DNA of 64,000 nt, taken from the NCBI RefSeq assembly GCF_006345805.1, contig NC_043001.1, positions 111,600,001-111,664,000 of the forward strand, read 5' to 3'. Made by a program: the position numbers and the translations under genes. Positions 38,020 through 52,472 of the stretch are shown in pieces; the stretch's first letter is position 1; every line of letters starts with the position of its first letter. Below the pieces are notes generated by a model that saw only the letters and a list, made by a program, of their open reading frames with translations, searched no databases and was not told where the DNA came from. This stretch comes from Octopus sinensis (lineage: Eukaryota).

Positions 38020-39210
38020 GAGCGTTATGCCCGTCTGTCTGTCCGTCTGTCTGTTCCCTCTTCACAGTCAAATGTCTAGACCAATGTAATCACGATGTTT
38101 TTCGGGATTACGAAAGAGGTAATCAGGAAGGGTTTTACCGAAAAAAAAAAATGCGAAAGAGTATGATTATTTAGTAGATATTGAGTTTTGGGTCAATAAA
38201 TCCCCTTTGATTTTTTTTGTTAAAATCCCGGGGACGAGGATTAATTCTTGATCCCCCCACCCTTATAGTTCGTGAATTTAGAGGGTTTAAGTTTACGATT
38301 CTATGCCTCTTTATTTCCCATCGTAGATGGGCAGATTTGCTATGTTCGTCTGCCCGTCACTTTGTCTGCTCCCTCTTAACGGTCAGACGGCTGGACCAAT
38401 GGTTACGATATTTTTCGGGATTACAAAGACGGTCGTCAGGAAGGTCTTTAGCATTAAAAATTCAGAAAGTATGATTATTTCGTGGATATTGAGTTTTGAA
38501 TTGATAAACCACGTTCGCATTTTTATTAAAAATTCACCGACCACAAATGACCCTGGATTTTCATTGTATTGTTCGTCACCCATTTGTGGATACAAAGGGG
38601 GTCGCGAGGACGGTTAAAAGCGAAAATAAAATTGATAAAGTGTGTGTCAGTATATAGTGTTTGTGATTATTTAATGGTTATTGAAGTGTGTCAGTCTCGA
38701 GCAGGATTCGAAACGGCTAATCGAAGTGGCAATTATTTACATCTCAGTTTTGTCAATCAAAATAACCCATGCGACCAGAACATCCAGACATTATTCGCAT
38801 AGAACAGTGAGAGATAAGTCTTAGTTTGATTTTTTGCAACCCTAAAGATTCTGCTCACGTGTTCACAGCAAACAAGGTACAAGGCCATACTTTAGATCGT
38901 GTAGGTGTATTTTTACCCGCTCCGATGTCTACACGCGGCCAGTTATACGTCGCGATGAGTAGAGCAACGGACTTCAGTAATTTGAAAATTAGTGTCGACC
39001 AAACATAAAATATCGTCCACAAAGCAGTTTTATGACCATATTGCTATAATCGATAGGAATATGAGTCATAATTTAAATAAGAAAATTTGTGAACTTTGAA
39101 TGTATAAGAGTACAAACAAGCGTAAAATAGTGTAAACAACTAAAATAAAAGTATATCTAAATAATAAAAAAAAAACCTTTTAATGTTGTGGTCGAAGGAA
39201 GCTCTGGCTT
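38020..39210 (+). mobile_element. Helitron remnant: two ~300 bp subterminal-like units, Pif1 helicase end and a putative 3' hairpin
   Basis: FTANKVQGHTLDRVGVFLPAPMSTRGQLYVAMSRATDFSNLKI (38826-39008) then NIVHKAVL; units at 38020 and 38330; gaagc-tctg-gcttt-cgttag near 39200. Confidence 0.7.
38826..39035 (+). pseudogene. Helitron RepHel Pif1-helicase motifs V-VI fragment
   Basis: KxQGxTL..GQLYVAxSR signature. Confidence 0.85.
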
Positions 39211-39704
39211 TCGTTAGGAGTGCTCCACATAGCCATTCATGATACAGAGGCTGGGGGCCAATTTCAGTTCAAGAGTGAATCGTCATCATATGTCACTAAA
39301 TTGCAAACACATATCCTATAGCTGCAATAGAATGCTGTATCACCAATTGTAATGTGATGTTTATAATATATTACCCAGTAATCTATCAAGTCCATTTACA
39401 CATTTCTCAATACATACTGCTGTTATGACTTCTCTCCCTCATTTTATGCTTCCATCGTACATGAGTAGATTTGCTAGTATTCATAAATGAACACGTTGCT
39501 CACGAAGAAAGTGTCAAAGAAAACCCAAGGGTCGACGAAATGGAAGCAGTGTTATCATAGATCCTAGAATGTAAACGGCCGAAGCAAACACACTCTAGCA
39601 ATTCCTCCACTCAGCCACTCTCAGCTTTTGTCGGCCTGGAAGGATGTAAGGTTAAACTGACAGCTGCATCATTTAACTTAATACTTAAAAAAAGTACAAT
39701 AAAT

Positions 39705-40073
39705 CGTGGCACTCCGTCGGTTACGACGACGAGGGTTCCAGTTTTTCTGATCAACGGAACAGCCTGCTCATGAAATTAACGTGCACACAGACACATGTAC
39801 CCTTAACGTAGTTTTCGGGAAGATTCAGCGTGACACAGAGCGTGACAAGGCTGGCCCTTTGAAATACAGGTACCTTTGAGAAACAGGAAGAAAGAGTGAG
39901 AGAAAGTTTGTGGTGAAAGAGTACAGCAGGCTTCACCACCACTCCTTGCCGAAGCCTCGTGGAGCTTTAGGTGTTTTCGCTCAATAAACACTCACAATGT
40001 TCGGTCTGGGAATCGAAACAGCGTTCCTACAACTGCGAGTCCGCTGCCCTAACCACTGGGCCATTGCGCCTCC
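39705..40073 (-). mobile_element. tRNA-derived SINE, head C with tail 2
   Basis: reverse complement of 20325-20720. Confidence 0.88.
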
Positions 40074-40184
40074 TCACCGTCAGTATAACATACAGTGTAA
40101 GAGTAATAAAAAATTCACAACTGACAAATGAAAAATATACTTTCTATATTTCAGAAAACTCATTTGCCAAGAACCTTGCTCATG

Positions 40185-40490
<306 letters not shown>

Positions 40491-41424
40491 TACTGCTGCT
40501 TCTACCTCTATTTTTTCTTAGTAAACCAATACTAATCATGATACTTGTGAAATTCCTAAGAATATCTTAAACCACTTCCACAAATCGTACAGCGTTCACG
40601 ACATCGATTAAACGAAACCGCATCTTCGATCTTAGATCTAAGAATGTGATGATTTAATATACCAACTGTTCTGTCTCCGAGAACCAGACAAAAGATTCTT
40701 ATAAAACAATTTCTGATAAAATGACCGATCATGTCTAATAAATTTCCCTAATGTGCAATGAAAACCAGTCAATTTGGTAATTATTGAGAAACTGAGATGA
40801 GATCATTGGCATGGGATTCTAAATTCGAATATAATCCTTTGAGTATCGTAGATCGTTTGAAAATTTATCGAATTGTCACGAAAAAGTACAATGAGGTTGT
40901 CTTCGTGAGAGAAAATCCACCACTTAGTGAAGTATTTAAAGTCATAAAAATTTACCATTATTGCTAAATAATACAAACGGCTACCATTATAGCTTATTGG
41001 CATAATTTCATTTATTCTCGAAATTTTATATAGAGCATCGACTACATCAATAACGACTAATGAAACATTGATATTACTCCAAAGAATTTTCACCTCTGGG
41101 GGACTACTAGAAACATTTATATCTATCGATGGAACGTAATTTATATCATCTAAATTTAAACAAATTTATAATCAAATTGTCATCTGATATTGAACGTCAT
41201 CCATTTTCATTCTGTTTTAAACGGTGAAGAAGAGCGTTTTATTCAATCCTTCACACAAAGAATTGAAAAAAGCTTGCCATGAAAATCATTCACTGGTTAA
41301 AAGCAATCAAATTCTGCATTCTCATTTCGTCCGGCACTATCATTAGCTTACGTGTGCAGCATGGCAAAGTACCACGTGTGTTAATGTTATTGTTATCACC
41401 ATTAAACTTATCAAAGGGAAGAAA

Positions 41425-41769
41425 ATGCTGAGACCCCACCCCTTCGGTCATGACTAACCGTGGGATTGCACCTAGAAAGTTACCCTCCCAGGCAAAGGTC
41501 AGGGCAAGGGTGTTTATGGAAGACCAGCAGTCGCCCATGCATACCAGCCTCTCCTCTCCACGCCACCGATGTTGTCCAAGGAAAAGGCAAAGGCTGATAC
41601 AGCTGGGCACCTGTGACGTCACAACTCATTTCTACAGCTGAGTGAACTGGAGCAACATGAAATAAAATGTCTTGCTCAAGAACACAACACGCAGCCCGGT
41701 CCGGGATTCGAACTCACAACCTCACGATCGTAAGCTCGACGCACTAACCACTGAGCCATGCGCCTTCAC
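41425..41769 (-). mobile_element. tRNA-derived SINE, head D with tail 4
   Basis: gtgaaggcgcatggctcagtggttagtgcgtcgagc..gagttcgaatcccgg. Confidence 0.88.
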
Positions 41770-44034
41770 GGGAGGAAAATAAAGACGAATATTTTCAATA
41801 CCTTTGACATTGGCCTTGAATTATCGAAACAAAAAACTAAACGGATTAGTGGAAATATTACGTAGAATTGGATCAACGGGGTACTTGATTCAAACAGAAA
41901 GGGTTAATGGAAACGGCATTCACAGTATTGTCCGTCACTGTTGACAATCAAGCACAAATTGGACGTATATAATGCTTATTTGTTTCTTGATATCGATCTA
42001 CAATAATTGTCATCATCATCCCTTAGCGATCGTGATACACAATCATTTCGACAATTGCTGTCAACAACGCTACATATGCAAAAATCCAATAGCAGCGCTA
42101 AGCAGTTGTGTGATACTCACCATCCCGAATTAAACCACAAAGTTAAACGAATTATTATTTCAAAATATCTATTAGAAATTTATATCAATTTACCATTCAA
42201 TACATAGATTATTGTTATACGAAATTTATCATATTTTATATTCTTTTTTGCATATCATAATTAATCATTATTTATTAGAAAACGGAAGCCATCACAAATG
42301 TGTTTGATAATTCATAAACACGCACACATACTGACATACGCATACTCATTCACATATATACACATGCAGACACAGTAGACCCTTGTGTTGTACATTCAGA
42401 ACCATTTCAGAACACACTTCAGAACCATTTTCGTTTTGTTCGATTTGTTTTACCATTAATAAAGCCATCATTTCTTTATCATCGTTTCCGTTTTGATTTC
42501 CTTAATTCCTTTTCTGCGATAACGAGTTAGTCTGCACGCGAAAGTAGTCCATACTTTAGTCTTATTTTGCAAAATATTTTTGATAGTGAATGATAGTTTC
42601 AAATGTCAAGTGAAACACGGACAAGAAAGTCTATTTTTCTAGAAATAAAAATTAAGTGTAAAACTGACTTCCAAAGGGAACAGGTTTGAATGAAGATGCA
42701 AAATGATTTATTTAATGTAAGCGAAACAACTGTTTGAACAATTAAAGGAGAAAAATATCTGTGCTAGCATAATCGCAGCATCCTCAATAAAGTTTAAAAC
42801 ATACATCATACATAACCACTAAGATTATGGAAGCGATGTTAAAAGATCTATTATTTTGAATAGAAGACAAAAGCCTTAAGAATTTATAATAAAATGATTA
42901 TTTCAAATCAAAAGTCTAATCTACGAGAATCTTGGTTTTCGAGCAGTGAGGAATAGCTTGCAAAAGTTTAAAAATATAAGCTTTCAACATAATATCATAT
43001 TGTAATGGCGGGTGTGGATCAAACGATAAGAAAATATTGCTTTGCAACCAGCTATAGTAATTGAAAATCAAATGGTTCCTATTGTTTAAAAGAAATATTT
43101 AATGCTATGAATCCGTCTACACTGAAAGGAAATGACAGAGAACATTAATATTAATAACAGCATAAAAAAAGCTGTCCACAGATTCAAAGCATCTAATGAT
43201 TGAATCCCAATAATATTACGTTGTAATGCATGAGATGACAGTCTCATGAGACCATTGTTAATTTATAGGGATCTTGATCAACGTACAATGAGACGATAGA
43301 ATAAAAATAACTTCCCAGTTTAACGATGGGCAAATAAATTATCAAGGATGACTACTGCAATATTTAAAACGGACTTCATCAAAATTTCATTCTAGAAGTT
43401 CATGTTTATACAAGAGAATAATATTGACTCCAAATATACAGTTTTGCTCCATAAATTGTTGCATTGTTGAACGCCATGAGCTTAATGGCGCAGTTACTGG
43501 GGCGTCAAAAATTCACTGACGAACAAGCGGTATCACGTGAAGAGAAAATACGGAGAGACAAACACAGACGAACAGACGTTCACCCATACATGCAAATACA
43601 AATACAAACCCATACATATACACAGCGAGCTTCGTTAAAGTTTCCGCTTATAAATTGAATCACAATATATTAGTCAGTCGACACCTATAAAAGACATTTT
43701 TTGGAAAATGCTGCGAGGTGGGACTGAATCCTAAGCACGTAGTTTCGAACCGGATTTCTTTTCCACATGGTTGTGTTTGTGCCCTGTACGAGCGTACAAA
43801 CACATAACCACACACTAACACATGTATATAAATATAAGCGTGTATATATGAATGATGTCTGATCCCAGAGTACCGGGCCTGTTGCTAAGGTAAAGGAGTT
43901 AAAGTATGCAGAGTGAAGTCGTATGGCATAGATTAATCTCGAACTCTGTCGCGCATGCACACTAAGTTATAACCATCTCACTTACTTCCATTGCTTTATA
44001 GCAGAGTTTTAGAAGTAAAGTGTGTAGAGAGTGG

Positions 44035-44355
44035 TCGTCTCAAAAAGAAGATCGGGTCTCAGCTGCGCTGCGCAGGATCTCTTTCACTGTGTTGCGAAAG
44101 ACGAAATCTTTTTGAAAAAAAATAGTCACAATAGGTGCTGATTCGTGGGTCTATGGTTATGGCCTCGAGGGCAAGGGAAAAATTAAATCCCATTTGAAAA
44201 GAGCAAGATTTCAAGACGCCAAGGAAATCGAAGAGATTACGATGAGGTAGGTGCTCACTCCACCACAAAAAAGTTCCAGGAATGTTTCCATCAAAGGAAA
44301 CAACACTGGATAAAGCTTGTGACTACAGAAGCGAACTACTTCGGAGAATATTAAA
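44035..44355 (+). pseudogene. Internally deleted mariner transposase remnant
   Basis: Broken frames: QKEDRV..DEIF.KKIVT..DSWVYGY joined to [25 protein letters not shown]. Confidence 0.6.
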
Positions 44356-44361
44356 TTATAC

Positions 44362-44364
<3 letters not shown>

Positions 44365-44441
<77 letters not shown>

Positions 44442-44613
44442 GTCTGTCTGTCTGTCTGACTGTCTGTCTGTCTGTCTGTCTGCCTGTCTGTCTGTCTGTC
44501 TGTCTCTGTGTATATATATATATATATATATTTATGAACTTGCATACATATATATATGAATCCATAAATAAATAGATATATATATTTATGAATTTATATA
44601 TGTATATGAATTC

Positions 44614-44673
<60 letters not shown>

Positions 44674-45294
44674 GCCAGTACATTCATACATACAAATATA
44701 CACACAACACATGCACTTACGCACAGGCACATATATCGCATATTTACGTATATATGTGTACATAAAACAATCACGCGCACGCACACACAAACACACCCCA
44801 CGCCCTCTCTCACACACACACATATACACATAGACATCGTTTCTAATAATCTCAAGTTTTTACATCTGAAAAAGAAATTACAGTTATCTCTCTTAGCAAT
44901 ATAAAAGGAAAACTTTAGTTGCTATTTGTCGTAGATCAAAGCTACAGTAGGTGATAGTTTCCAAGAAGTGCACTAAACACAAATTGCAACAGTCGTTGAA
45001 GCTAACACCGGTTTTCATTTATCAGCTTACTAAAGGCCATAACTACTTTGAAGAGTTGTAACGTAAAATATGTGAGTTATTATGAAGGAAGATTTCTTGT
45101 GGCGATTGTATTTTCAATAGAAACATAGAAACAAGTGTATACATACATGCATGCACACACACACACACAAACACACACACACATGTATATATGTGTGTGT
45201 GTGTGTACACGCGCATATTTACATATAAAGCTACGTGCCTATGTAGTTATTAGTGTGTATATGTGTGAATTTGTAGATGCAAGATACATACATA

Positions 45295-45363
<69 letters not shown>

Positions 45364-45720
45364 TATATACATACATATATACATATATATATATATCTGT
45401 ATGCATACATACACTTATATATTCATATATATGTATATGTGTATATAAGTGTATGTATGCATATATGTATATCTATATGCATATATTATGCATCTACAAA
45501 TTCACACATGCACACATATGCACACACAATAGATGTATCATATTTCACCCACGCAAAGACACACACACATAAATGTATGTTATACATATGTGTGCCTATG
45601 TGCTTATATTTATATTTACAAATGTTATATATATATATTATATATATATATATTATATATATATATATATATATCTATATATATATATATATATATATCT
45701 TTATATATCTATATCTATAT
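44365..45720. repeat. Microsatellite-rich block ((TCTA), (TCTG), (TA), (CA))
   Basis: direct; tracts at 44365-44670 and 45140-45720. Confidence 0.85.
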
Positions 45721-46731
45721 ATATTTTTATGTAGAGAAACTGAAAGATAGGGAGGATGAGAGAGACAAAGAAGGAATGCAGTTTTAGTTCGTATTCTCAT
45801 GCCCCATCCATTTTCCCATTCCTCTCCATGTTACCGTCTTTGTTGTATCTGCCATTTGAGGACGTTATAGTGCATGCTCCATAGAATTACTGTTTTTATC
45901 CTGTTATCTGTTGTCGATTTTATGATATCTTAAATACGCTTCGTACATATGCATATATTCACTTTTTTACATGTTGAACGACATCATTATTGTCTCCAGG
46001 TCATCAGAGTCACTCGGGCTTATCACAGATTTCGTGTAAGACACTCGAAGAATTTCACGTTTTCCTGCTTTATTTCTAACCTCAAATGGCTTGTTTTTTA
46101 TATTTAGCACTATGTATTTCTCCATTTCTAATTTAAGGATAAAAATAAAACAATCCTGGAAAACACAACTGATTTTTACACACAGACGCACAGAATAACG
46201 ATAGCAGAGTGCACAACAAGCACCAGCGATCTGACTGTCGCCTGTACTCTTGACAAGAGATGCCAGTCAGTCTTTGACACCTACCAGGCTCCTTCGTATT
46301 AACCCGAGTTGCTTGGTAATTTTTCGTTCCCTTAAAAATATTTTGGAACGGAAACATTTCATAGATTGGAATTTAAATCCTAATCTCTATAGAAATTTAT
46401 TGTTTCAAGAAAACATTGAATTTCAATTACTTTTTTTACGACCATTGATAGCAACTCCGGCTGTAACTTCTGAGCCCGAGTCAGGCATGTGTGAATGATG
46501 TTGAGAGAACGTCTGCTATAAATGATATATTTTGACACAGGGCACATCTAAGACGACTGCCAGACACTGAACTGCGACCAGGTTCAATAAAAGGAGCCTG
46601 AGCTATTGGCTGCAGTTGCATATATGAAATCCGTTTTGGTAGAAATTAAATCAGCTAGCAAATACATACTCAATTTACTAAATTTATGCTCAAATTAATC
46701 CCGAACAGCCCGAGTGCCGGAGTCGACACTG

Positions 46732-46769
<38 letters not shown>

Positions 46770-46925
46770 CAAAGTGGAGTTGTAAGGTACCGCACGAGTG
46801 GAATTATATATGAAAGAAGTTTTGAAAATGCAATTTTAAAAGATGTTTATTTACTTGACTGGTTTCACTTTTTTAGAAAAAGATTGTCAAAAGTAACATG
46901 TAAAAGCTTGGTTGTCACAAAATAC

Positions 46926-46967
<42 letters not shown>

Positions 46968-47257
46968 TCTTTGATAATAAGAACAGTTTACAAGGGAAAA
47001 TCTTGGGAAAATATAAAAAAGTTTAACAAGTTCATTAAAATATTGGGTACAAAAGATTACAATATATATATATACATTCTTAAAAAAATGTTAAAGACAG
47101 TTTCCAGAAAGAATTATTAAAAATTTCAGTGGAATATTGGTATTGTATCTGTATATATATACACAGAATATTATAAGTTCAAAAAAGTCTGCATTTTAGT
47201 AGTAGGGTAGTTTTAAATGACCTGATTCACCATGTTATCGTAAAAGTCTTTTACGTA

Positions 47258-47486
47258 AGGGGCTAAACATAGAGGGGACAAACATAGAGGGGACAAACAA
47301 GGACAGACAAACGGATTAAGTCGATTATATCGACCCCGGTGCGTAACTAGTACTTATTTAATCGACCCCGAAAGGATGAAAGGCAAAGTCGACCTCGGCG
47401 GAAATTGAACTCAGAACGTAGCGGCAGACGAAATACGGCTACGCATTTCGCCCGGCGTGCTAACGTTTCTGCCAGCTCGCCGCCTT
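47258..47486 (-). mobile_element. SINE family A, near full length
   Basis: matches 63243-63478; internal duplication of aaacatagaggggac. Confidence 0.92.
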
Positions 47487-47904
47487 AATCATTAATCATT
47501 ATAAACAAATCATTTGTGCAGAACCGACTTTTTCAGCATACAAGAGACTACCGTCCTTTGCGTGTATTTTAAATATAATATTCCAAATAATACTTCTTGG
47601 TGTCTAATAACTGTTTTGTTGTTTAGTCTGCCTGTGCCTTTATTAAACTATGAAGACGATAATGATTTATTAAATACGCACAGGGCTAGAAGTTATTTGA
47701 GTAGGGAAAATGTCGATGCTATTGATTCCAGCATTTGAAAGGTACTCGAGTTCTCGAATCGGGAAGAATGAAAAGCAAGTTAACTCTGATACGATTTTAT
47801 CTGAGGGCTGTAACTAGTTATATTAGAAGGCATTTTGTCCGATGCTCTAAAATTTCTGCATTTATACATAAAAAATATTATAAGCAAAGTGTATTCTATA
47901 TACA

Positions 47905-48310
47905 TCATGGAGGCAGCGAGCACGCCGGACAAAATGCTTATTGGCATTTCATCTCTCTTTACGTTTTAAGTTCAAATTCCGCCGAGGTCGACTTTGCCCT
48001 TCATCTTTTCGGAGTCGATAAAATAAGTACCAGTCAAGTACTGGGGACCGATGTTATCGACTAGCCCCTCCCCACAAATTTCAGGCCTTGTGCCTATAAT
48101 AGAAAGGATTATATATACGTCATAAAGACGGGGAACTGCAGACCCGTTAGCAAGCCGAACAAAATGCTTAGCGGCATTTTGTCCGTCTTTACATTCTTAG
48201 TTCAAATACCGCCAAGACCGGCTTTGCCTTTCACCTCTTCGGAGTCAATAAAATAAGTACTAGTTGATCATTAGGGGAATCAATGTAATCGATTGGACCC
48301 TTCCCCAAAC
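47905..48310 (+). mobile_element. Two older SINE family A copies
   Basis: gttcaaattccgccgaggtcgac and gttcaaataccgccaag cores. Confidence 0.8.
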
Positions 48311-49789
48311 ATGGGATATTTACTATATCTAATGACATATAAACGATTATAGATACAGCATATAATATACAGCATATAAACAGTTGCATGGAAATGATTT
48401 CTCTGCCTCCTTAAAGCAGTAAAGGAAGTACGTCAATATTAATACGTTGCCCATAGCATTGTTGTGATAATCACGACTTGTCTTACAGCATTACTGTTTT
48501 CCTTGCGGTATCTTATGGAATGAAAACTACAACTACATACATCATAAAATAAATGAAACGGCTATCATAAATGATAGAATGTAAATATTCTAAAAGTGCA
48601 AACTTTAAATCATGGAATAGAATAAAGTAATTTACAGAAATTATTTTATGAAATTAAGTCGTTCATAAAATTTTGTTTTAAACGTAGCCATCATATATTT
48701 TATAACCGTTGCACCATAAAAGCTCCTCAAACTTGAACGTGTGTATGTCTTCGTGAATAATTAAATAATTACTAAAACGTGTTTGGATAATTTGAAATGT
48801 TATGCGAGGTATATTATTTTAGCATTCAGTTGTAAGGGTGCAATGATAAGCAAAATGGTTGTACGTCTAGCTTTAGTTTTCTGTGAGAAGGTGAAGTAGG
48901 ATCGATCTCACTCATGGAATGGCGTAAGTATCTTCTGTCGATGGAGGAAGGAGCTGGGTTTTGGGATCGGTCAGTGGTTCCAAACCATCTTTTAGCTCGT
49001 GGTCTTTGGATTTTTACCTGTCTGTGCACCTACTATCGTCAGTGAAAAGAAACAACTCAGTTTCATTAAAAGGGTTAATAGGTTATTTAAAAAAAATTTA
49101 AACACTTAAAAAAAATGTAAAATTTACCAATTAATAACTAAATGTGTCAATATCTAATTTTTTTTTATTATGAAAATTATTTCTATGAATATTTAAAAAT
49201 TGATAATTTTTAATGAAAAAGAACAAAATTTCAATAACAAATAAACATAAGCTTTATTTCAAAGGTGATTTGTTTTGTACCATTAACACAACAGACTCCA
49301 TAAAAATATCTGTTTATTAATTACACATTTATTCTCTATTATTCTATTTCACGAAACCAAAAACATTTTGCTGGTTAAAAAAAACAGCAAAAAAACAAAA
49401 GAAAAAACAAAAAACAAAAACAAAAAACAAAATAAAAATCAATTTATAATCACACATTATTTTTCAGTTATAACACGCATAACAAACAACTTCCATTGAC
49501 GACAAAAAAATTAATAACTTCTAAAAAATGGTTACTATTTGAGCATAAAATAAAACCTTTTAGCAAAATGAAAAAAATGTATATATATCAAATTACCTTC
49601 TTACTGTATTTATTCAGCGAGATCTTTGTTCCTGATGCAGTTTTGCAAGTATCTCAAGATTTGGGTCCATGTTTGTTAAAGACAAACGAAGATCATCTCT
49701 AGTTACAATTTCTAAATGATTGTTAGCCTTTGACAGTCGGAAAGACACTCGACTGAAATCTGACTCAATTAGAAGTAAGAAATACAATT

Positions 49790-50150
49790 AGAATTAAGAA
49801 ATACAATTTTACTTCCTACCAATAGGAATTTCATAGCAATTTCCTTCTTGTACAAAAATTATTGTACCCAGATTCAAACTTAGATTAAGCAGTTTAATTA
49901 CACTGCAACTCAACAAGGCTTTCATGTCGTATGATATAAACATCAGTTGCATTTATCCCCCGAAGAACCCAATTTGGAATGTTCATTTCCAGGAGATATT
50001 TGAACCTAATTCCTCTATCATTGAGTAATTTCTTCAAGTGCCCTTGTAGCCCCTCCTCAATATTGGAATGAGTTGGAAAATGCATCAACTCGTTACTCTC
50101 AAAGTTGGTCTAGGATAAATTAAGTTCCCAAAGAAAAGCACATGCGGTCT
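49790..50150 (-). pseudogene. hAT (Buster/Charlie-like) transposase C-terminal fragment
   Basis: HFPT..GHLKKL..IRFKYLLEMNIPNWV..ESLVELQCN. Confidence 0.65.
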
Positions 50151-50234
50151 CTTGATAAATTAAAAGCTTCGTATCTTTACCTCGTAGCCGTTTGTTCGGA
50201 AAATTTGTGCCGGAATTGGTTGATAAACATCATC

Positions 50235-51270
50235 CACGTGCGGACGCTGGTCACCTATACTGGAAAAGAGCAAATAGAAGAAGGGGACTGATAAGTGTGG
50301 AAGACTGCGTGCGAATCGAACTCGAGAGCTTAATGAGATACATAGCCCAAAGTAAAGAAACCTGACAGTTAGGAACGAGGGAGTATTGAGAGCAGAGAAA
50401 AAAGGGATAACAAAGGAAGTACAAAATGGACATGAAGGGACTACACAATCAATTCTATAATACCACAACAAAAGTTGCTGGAAAAAATAGGCAAGATTGA
50501 ACACTAAAAAAAAAAGAGATCGAGATCACTATACTGGCAGCTCAAGACCAAGCTTTGGCCATTAAATGGCCAAAGGTCAACCTTAGGAATGAGCAGAAGT
50601 GTCTCCGCTGTGTGCATCTGCAATAAAGTAGATGAAACCGTTGCCTATATCACGAACGAATAACCTAGACTTGCCCCAAACCATTACAAGGTGTGGCGAC
50701 ACGACCAGGTAGCAAAAGTGCTCCATTGCAAACTGTGAGGAAAGTGGGGGCTAGAGAAAGACAAGACGTAGAATGAGCACAAACTGCAGAGGGCGGTGGA
50801 GTCAGAGACTAGCAAAATCCTTTGGGATTTCCCAATGCAAACAGATCAGGTGCTAGAGCATAACACATAGGACCTAGTGATGGTGGACAAGGTGCACCAC
50901 ATATACTATATAGTTGATATTGCATGCCTCTTTGACCCATGATTAGTCAAGAAAGAAGTCGAAAAGATAGATAAAACTCTTAAGTACGAAATAGCACGGC
51001 TATGGAAAATGAAGAAGGTGAAGATAGTGCCAATTATCGTTCGGTCCTTAGGAACAGTATCAGAAGGCATCAAAAAGAATATAAAGGAAAGTGGAATAGA
51101 GTGTACAGTAGAACTGTTACAAAATGTTTATCTCTTTGCCACGGCCAGAATAATCAGGACAGTATTAGATAGCTGAAAAGAACGAATACCATGGTACCAT
51201 AGGCGGCAGGTAGTAAGCCCGTTATGCATGCAAGACTCCAGGACTTCCAACAAAACCTGTGATAAAGAGA
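50235..51270 (+). mobile_element. R4/Dong-clade LINE 3' kilobase (RT thumb, CCHC knuckle, RLE), decayed
   Basis: HPRAD..LY..GLISVEDCVRIE, AAQDQAL, ETV, RHDQVAKVLH, ILWDFPMQTDQVLEHN, LKYEIARLWKMKKVKIVPIIV; ends gataataataat. Confidence 0.85.
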
Positions 51271-51289
51271 TAATAATAATAAATTCTTT

Positions 51290-51990
51290 ATTAACCGCAA
51301 GGGTATACAGGCAAAGTAAAAAAGAAGAGAAAATTGTAATCCCCCCGCCCCATGTGGTAATTTTGGGGAGGGGATTACTCCATTACATCGATCCCAGCGC
51401 TCAACAGGTTCTTAATTTATCGAATCCGAAAGGCTAAAAGGCAAAGTCGACTCCGGCGGAATTTGAACTCAGAACGTAAGGAGACACGAAATTCCTCTAA
51501 GTATTTTATCTGGCGTAGTATCAATTCTGCCATCTCGTTGCCTTAAACATTGCTTTCTGATTTAGACACACAGCCAGAATTTTTGAAATGTGGGGGTCAG
51601 TCGAATCTGTCGACCCCGGCACTAGACTGACATTTCATTTTATCGACCCTCGATGGTAGGAAAGGCAAGGTTGACCTCAGTGGAATTTAAAGTGAGAATA
51701 TAATGAATTGGAAGGAATACACAAAGAATTTTTCCGGTGGCCCAGCGCTTCTGCAGGTGCAGTACCCTTTATATATAACTGTTTCCAATTCAGGCACCAG
51801 GCCAATAATTTTGAGACAGGGAAGATAGTCGATGCCAGCGACTCCAGTACTGGACGGTACTTTACATTACTGACCCAGGAGGAATAAAAAGCAAAATCGA
51901 CCACGGCGAGATTTGAACTCAGATCATTATGAACCAGAAGAAATTTTGTGAGGTTCTAACGATTCTGCCAATCTTTTGCACTTTCTAACA
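51290..51990 (-). mobile_element. Three SINE family A copies of increasing decay
   Basis: ggcaaagtcgac..ggaatttgaactcagaac cores. Confidence 0.75.
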
Positions 51991-52014
51991 AAGCTGTATC
52001 TAACAGCTTTGCAT

Positions 52015-52239
52015 ATTCTTTTACTTGTTTCAGTCATTTGACTGCAGCCATGCTGGAGCACCGCCTTTAGTCGAGCAAATCGACCCCAGGACTTATTCTT
52101 TGTAAGCCTAGTACTTATTCTATCGGACTCTTTTGCCGCACCGCTAAGTTACGGAGAGGTAAACCACACCAGCATCGGTTGTCAAGTGATGTTGGGGGGA
52201 CAAACACAGACACACAAACATATACACACATGTACATAC

Positions 52240-52287
<48 letters not shown>

Positions 52288-52472
52288 TATATATATATAC
52301 ACATATATACGACGGGCTTCTTTCTGTTTCCGTCTACCAAATCCACTCACAAGGCTTTGGTCGGCCCGAGGCTATTGTAGAAGGCACTTGTCCAAGGTGC
52401 CACGCAGTGGGACTGAACCCAGAACCATGTGTTTGGTAAGCAAGCGACTTATCACACAGCCACTCTTACGCC
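52015..52472 (-). mobile_element. SINE family B, full length
   Basis: matches 3287-3695; ~100 bp internal microsatellite. Confidence 0.92.

Noticed and set aside
45967-46191. Non-repetitive minus-strand ORF as a possible host exon
   Set aside because: No recognisable domain and weak splice signals; RNA-seq or BLASTX would be needed.
48973-49000. hAT-like end cagtggttccaaac possibly belonging to the 49790 transposase fragment
   Set aside because: No matching opposite TIR was found, so linkage is unsupported.
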